Of a stretch of DNA of 64,000 bases, positions 60,301 to 64,000 are shown piece after piece. A model generated the notes under the pieces. The model was given only the letters and a program-made list of their open reading frames with translations, searched no databases and had not been told where the DNA came from. The position numbers were made by a program, and so were the translations under genes. Positions within the stretch are counted from its first letter, which is position 1. Every line of letters starts with the position of its first letter. This DNA is from Stegostoma tigrinum (taxonomy: Eukaryota): NCBI RefSeq assembly GCF_030684315.1, contig NC_081381.1, positions 28,475,114-28,539,113 on the forward strand. The letters run 5' to 3'.

Positions 60301-63300
60301 CCCATGAGACATTGATGGAGTACTGGAACCCATTTGCTCTGTTGTGAGATCCAACCCTTGCTTGTAGCTTGTGTAAAGAACTGGTATTCAGTTGTGGATA
60401 GAAACTGGCAGGGATATGGGAGCATTACGCTGGAAATTGCATGGAACAAAGTGCAGAACATGGGCAACTAAAATGAATCTGACTCAGTTTCTGTCTGGGG
60501 TAAATTTGGTTGGTTTCTTTCTGATGAGTGATTATACATGCTGCAAACCAATCCTCACTGCAATTTTTTAATAAGGGTTGATATCAGTTTGGACTTGTTT
60601 TCTGCTGCAGACATCAAGGGTTTGGCGTCTTGTCTGTGGTTCTGGCAAATCATGCTATCAAACTGTTGACATCACTGTTTCAGGATCTGCAAGTGGAAGC
60701 CCTTTACAGGGTAAGTGGAGCCCCTGTGTATAGTATGGTGGGTTATTTGTGAAGAAACCACTTATGTTTTCTGAAGTCTTGAAAGTAACATTTAATTATT
60801 TTTGTATTCACTGGTGGTTGAGGGTAAAATTGATTTTGATTAACGGTGGAATATTATGCAGTCTCAATGTATAAAGGATTGTGTTTAAACCATAAGTACA
60901 GAGACTTACATTGATATCCTGCCTGTGTCCCAAATTACATAGAATCGTAGAATCCCTACAGTATGGAAACAGGCCCTTCGGCCAACAAGCCACACCGAAC
61001 CTCGGAGCGTCCCACCCAGACTCACTGTAACCCACCAAATCTACACATCCCTGAACACCTTGGGCAATTTAGCATGGCCAATTTTACCTAACCTGCATAT
61101 CTTTTGGACTGTGGGAGGAAACCGGAGCACCCAGGGGAAACCCACGCAGACAAGGGGAGAATGTGCAAACTCCACACAGACAGTTGCCCGAGGGTGGAAT
61201 TGAGCCCAGGTTGCTGGCGCTGTGAGGCAGCAGTGCTAACCACTGAGCCACCGTGCCGCCCCTGTAACCACTGAAATACGCTATTGCAACATAACTTATG
61301 ACCCAACCAATTTACACACAGCTCGCTCCCAGATATTGACCAGGTAATGTTTTACACGGTCAATGGATAAATATCAGACGTGACATCTGAGAGAACTCTT
61401 TCTTCAGCTCTTGGATAAATATTGCTATTGTTAAACTAATCTTCTGAAAGCCATCATAATGGTCAACCTTTAATTTCAACAGGGTTGGAGAGGTGATGGA
61501 CCACCTGCAGAGCTTAATATCATGGCACAGAGCTCATCTATTCAACGTGTGCAGAGACTGATCGAATCTGTTCCCCTCACCAACTTGCTCTTCACATTGT
61601 TGTCAACATCGTACAGAAAGGTAATCACTTGTGCCGCAGAATCAAAATGCAAAATGAATTAAATTGCTCACTGTGTCGGTGCTATCTTTGATAAAGCAAT
61701 CCAGAATTCATCAGTGACCACGCTCTTCTCCTCAGTCCTGTGTTGTTCTAAGCTAATCCATTTGGCAGTTCTGTCCTCTTAATGCTACATCAATCCAAAA
61801 TTAACCCACTCTGTAGCTCTCTGCAAAATGGTTTACACTAATTCTTAGCTAATCCCACTGTCCACCCATCTTTCACTAATCACTATCAGTCTCATATGAA
61901 ACCCGCTGCAATAGTCCTCATACAGACCATGTATGAAATCAAAACTAGTCCTGCTGTCAGCTCTTCCTGTGAGCATTGTGTTAAGTGAAAACATAATATC
62001 AAAGCCATTCTCTCTCCCTGTATCAATTTAGGACTAATCCTATTGCACTGCATGCATTATACAGTCCTGTATAAACTCAAAACTAACCTTCTTTCCCATC
62101 TTTCTCCATATAGTTCTGTGTTCTTTGGGAACATACCCAAGATCACGAGATACAATAGTCGGTCACTTGCACTGTTTTTATGTTCCGATAGTCCGCTGAG
62201 TTCCAGCCTCTCCCTTCGAAATCTGAGTTGGTTGACTGGAGGAAATAGTCACTCTCTGCTGTCAAAACTCATTCAAATATTGAAATTCTGTACATCTGTC
62301 TACTTCACTAAAAATTGCCCCAGTCACAAGTGTCTCGTTGTTCTTACTGGACAGTCTCTGCGGTGAGCCCCTGTCTCAGTGTTTGCTCAAGTACGTAATC
62401 TCTTAATTCTGCTTCTAGAAAAGAATTGTTTTTAATTCTTTGTCCCTTTCTTTCCATAGGCTTGTGTTCTTCAACGCCAACGGAAAGGCTCTGTGAGTAG
62501 TGATGTCAGTGCGTCCACTGATTCAAACACCTACTATGAAGATGATTTCAGCAGCACTGAAGAAGACAGTAGTCAAGGTAATAAAATAAAAAGCCTTAGG
62601 GTTTATGTACAGTTCATGTGATGGATGAAAATTCATTGTAGTGAAACAGAAGATAGTTAATCTAGTAGATTGCCTGACATGTTAGACAGATTTGAGGTAA
62701 AGTAGCAGTTTTGCAATAGAATTCTAAATTCATTTCTGGGTAATGATTTGTAAATCATCTCAGTAACTTTTTTTATCCAGTGGACTGGTGTGAGACTCTC
62801 TGGTGATATCATCAGTCTGAGTATATAAATAAGCTAGAATTCTTTTAACTTTGCTTTCTCAGAGTAAACAATCTGATAACATTGCACAAAATTTGTGGAA
62901 ATAAACCAGAGAAAGTGAGAAGTAAGTTATTTCTATTGCTCTATGAATTAGTTGCTGGAGGTGATAATGCATCATCAATGGGATAAGGAAAAGTTTACGA
63001 TTTTCTTTAATGCCGGGGACAGTTTGGGTGTGGAATTTCACAACACAGCTGATGGTGTAAAAAGAATTCATTCACTTAGAAAGTGGATAAATATTTAAAT
63101 ATAAATTGATATGTAGAAATTGGACACCTTCTGGGAGCTGGTAAAGCATGATGGGTGGAATGATTCCCTTCTATAAAAGTCTGCGATTCTATTTTGATGT
63201 AACAAGGTGTAGAGCTGGATGAACACAGCAGGCCAAGCAGCATCAGAGGACCAGGAAAGCTGACATTTCTGGCCTAGACCCTCCTACAGCAAATTTGCCG

Positions 63301-63741
63301 AAGAAGGGTCCAGACCCGAAGCGTCAGCTTTCCTGCTCTGCTGCTTGGCCTGCGGTGTTCATCCAGCTCTACACCTTGTTTTCTCAGATTCTCCAGCATC
63401 GGCAGTTCCCACTATTTCTGAATTCTATTTTGATAGTTGTAATTGCTGATAACCACACTACTTATGGGTTGTGCTGTTTGTTTTTCAAGTTCATTTTTTG
63501 TTATTTAATTTGGCTTTATGCATGTGTTATTTCTTTTAATGTATACTTTACAGATGATGATAGTGAGCCAATACTTGGCCAGTGGTTTGAGGAGACCATC
63601 TCTCCCAGTAAGGAGAAGTCAGCACCCCCTCCTCCGCCGCCACCACCACCTTTGGAGAGTTCTCCACGCCTGAAGAGTCCAAATAAGCAGTGTTCTGGAG
63701 AGAATGGCAACATACTGGCGAGTCGCAGAGACCCTGAGCTG
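36074..63741 (+). CDS. UBR4: E3 ubiquitin-protein ligase UBR4 (p600), 5' part; 15 coding exons, 631 codons, continues beyond window
   Basis: Exons splice in frame (1893 nt). AVRPLLAASYS, QYEPFYSSFVALS, KHLILLIKGLCTGCSRLDRTE, GGSEKLLRVCLNLPYFLRY and DDDSEPILGQWFEETISPSKEK match recalled UBR4. Confidence 0.97.
36802..36894 (-). mobile_element. 93-bp solo Penelope-like pLTR with hammerhead core (family A)
   Basis: Reverse strand reads CTGATGAAGGGTCTAGGCCCGAAACGTCAGC; 15-bp TSD AGTTCCAGATATCCA. Confidence 0.78.
38000..38560 (-). mobile_element. Rex1/Babar-type LINE 3' fragment
   Basis: NLSWSSHVDATVKMAQHLFFFRRLWKFSMS..TLLNFYRCTTESILSG..AWY. Confidence 0.75.
38879..38914 (+). ncRNA. minimal type I hammerhead ribozyme motif
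   Basis: CUGAUGA-A-GGGU(CUAG)GCCC-GAAA-C-GUC; stem I only about 2 bp. Confidence 0.6.
39189..39224 (+). ncRNA. minimal type I hammerhead ribozyme motif (second tandem copy)
   Basis: Identical core 310 nt downstream of the first. Confidence 0.6.
44000..44097 (+). CDS. UBR4: UBR4 exon 2
   Basis: EKQILHHDKQYEPFYSSFVALSAHYISTVCAQ. Confidence 0.95.
44658..45004 (+). mobile_element. HE1-like tRNA-derived V-SINE
   Basis: A/B-box-like head, GTGGAAAGTTTGCACATT...CCCAAAGATGTGCAGGTTAGG core, CR1-type tail. Confidence 0.8.
45169..45272 (+). CDS. UBR4: UBR4 exon 3
   Basis: PRNQLLSVAAACKVLIEFSLMRLENPDEACAVSQ. Confidence 0.95.
45660..46165 (+). mobile_element. degraded CR1 LINE 3' fragment
   Basis: LEAVQRMFNRLI...VYKMLKGI; CR1-type 3'UTR. 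Confidence 0.65.
46555..46900 (-). mobile_element. Deu-domain (SacSINE1-like) SINE
   Basis: Reverse-complement homolog of 4427-4772. Confidence 0.65.
47465..47897 (-). mobile_element. Penelope-like element 3' end/pLTR (family A)
   Basis: Same pLTR as at 38.8 kb but with the long pyrimidine-rich 3'UTR retained. Confidence 0.75.
48906..49035 (+). CDS. UBR4: UBR4 exon 4
   Basis: KHLILLIKGLCTGCSRLDRTEIITFTAMMKSAKLP. Confidence 0.95.
49153..49292 (+). CDS. UBR4: UBR4 exon 5
   Basis: EDQKDSVSPVTPELRQKEVQMNFLSQLTSVF...VVQ. Confidence 0.93.
50439..50541 (+). CDS. UBR4: UBR4 exon 6
   Basis: VVGESDEQTGTDQA...FVAQNVSSLQAL. Confidence 0.9.
50740..51115 (+). mobile_element. LINE (L2/CR1-group) 3' end sharing its tail with the Deu-SINEs
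   Basis: TCAAAATCCTGGAA...CACCACCTTCTCAAGGGCAACTA..CAATAAATGCTGGC...ATCCCATGAATGAATA. Confidence 0.55.
52351..52492 (+). CDS. UBR4: UBR4 exon 7
   Basis: GSEKLLRVCLNLPYFLRYINRFQDAV...DATAVRN. Confidence 0.95.
52660..53195 (+). mobile_element. degraded CR1 LINE 3' fragment
   Basis: VRPQLEY-like and FKAKVDIFL motifs; 3'UTR. Confidence 0.6.
53330..53454 (+). CDS. UBR4: UBR4 exon 8
   Basis: FHSLVIDVTMALDTLSLPVLEPL...LSCLYA. Confidence 0.95.
53600..53985 (-). mobile_element. degenerate Deu-domain SINE with (ATTT/ATTC)n tail
   Basis: Same family; expanded microsatellite tail at 53600-53648. Confidence 0.55.
54299..54420 (+). CDS. UBR4: UBR4 exon 9
   Basis: VSVATCMAILHVGS...DYESDAATIVQKC. Confidence 0.95.
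54864..54923 (+). CDS. UBR4: UBR4 exon 10
   Basis: LEIYDMIGQAINSSRRAGGE. Confidence 0.94.
55094..56715. mobile_element. CR1-clade LINE with inverted 5' segment
   Basis: Minus ~55094-56205 is the RT C-terminal half plus 3' tail. Plus ~56204-56715 is the immediately upstream ORF2 segment (KSPGPDGI...YRPVSLTS...CLTNLIEFF). Confidence 0.92.
58885..59075 (+). CDS. UBR4: UBR4 exon 11
   Basis: HYQNFQLLGAWCLLNSL...KGKEKDPLAALRVR...GSPKL. Confidence 0.95.
60611..60710 (+). CDS. UBR4: UBR4 exon 12
   Basis: HQGFGVLSVVLANHAIKLLTSLFQDLQVEALYR. Confidence 0.95.
60938..61262 (-). mobile_element. HE1-like tRNA-derived V-SINE
   Basis: GGGGCGGCACGGTGGCTCAGTGGTTAGCACTGCTGCCTCACAGC head, V-domain and GATTCTA tail. 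Confidence 0.85.
61483..61620 (+). CDS. UBR4: UBR4 exon 13
   Basis: GWRGDGPPAELNIMAQS...LLSTSYRK. Confidence 0.95.
62460..62577 (+). CDS. UBR4: UBR4 exon 14
   Basis: ACVLQRQRKGS...NTYYEDDFSSTEEDSSQ. Confidence 0.95.
63199..63421. mobile_element. palindromic Penelope-like pLTR pair (family A)
   Basis: Inverted halves centred near 63293; 13-bp TSD ATTCTATTTTGAT at 63186-63198 and 63422-63434. Confidence 0.75.
63554..63741 (+). CDS. UBR4: UBR4 exon 15
   Basis: DDSEPILGQWFEETISPSKEKSAPPPPPPPPPLESSPR...RDPEL; donor GTGAGT. Confidence 0.95.
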
Positions 63742-64000
63742 GTGAGTGATATCTAACAGAAATTGGATGAAAGATAAAGACAAAGCAAGTGGTGGTAAAC
63801 TGGCTTCTTGAACCACTGCAGTCTGTTTGGTGCAGGTGCTCCTGTAGTTCTGTTGGCAAGGCTGTTACAAGATTTTGGCCCAGTGACACCTGAAGGAATG
63901 GTGATATATTTTCAAGTCAGCATGGTGGCTCAGTTTGGGATTGGAGGTGGGGAGTGTGGAATCTTACAGATGGTAGTATTCCCAAATACTTCTGTGAATT

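Noticed and set aside
61180-61262. tRNA gene
   Set aside because: It is the tRNA-derived head of an HE1-like SINE, followed by SINE body and tail.

Overview
Eukaryotic genomic DNA, almost certainly from a cartilaginous fish (shark): it carries HE1-type V-SINEs, Deu-domain SINEs, CR1 and Rex1/Babar LINEs and Penelope-like elements (PLEs). Three intron-containing genes were reconstructed by hand, all with GT-AG junctions and consistent frame phases. MRTO4 is on the minus strand (8 coding exons, 235 aa). It lies head-to-head with EMC1 (plus, 22 coding exons, 961 aa, plus a candidate 9-nt microexon). The first 15 coding exons (631 codons) of UBR4 follow, and the gene runs off the right edge. This is the same order as human 1p36.13. 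The most unusual non-genic signal is about ten short PLE-derived insertions from three families. They carry minimal type I hammerhead ribozyme motifs (CUGANGA...GAAACGUH), often as inverted pairs, and most have 12-15 bp target-site duplications. One, in UBR4 intron 1, is a non-coding 310-nt tandem unit bounded by two sense-strand hammerheads (retrozyme-like). Also notable: a CR1 LINE with a twin-priming-type 5' inversion, and a 36-bp minisatellite and repeated ZNF143-like sites in the bidirectional promoter. Gene and repeat names come from recalled homology, not from database searches.
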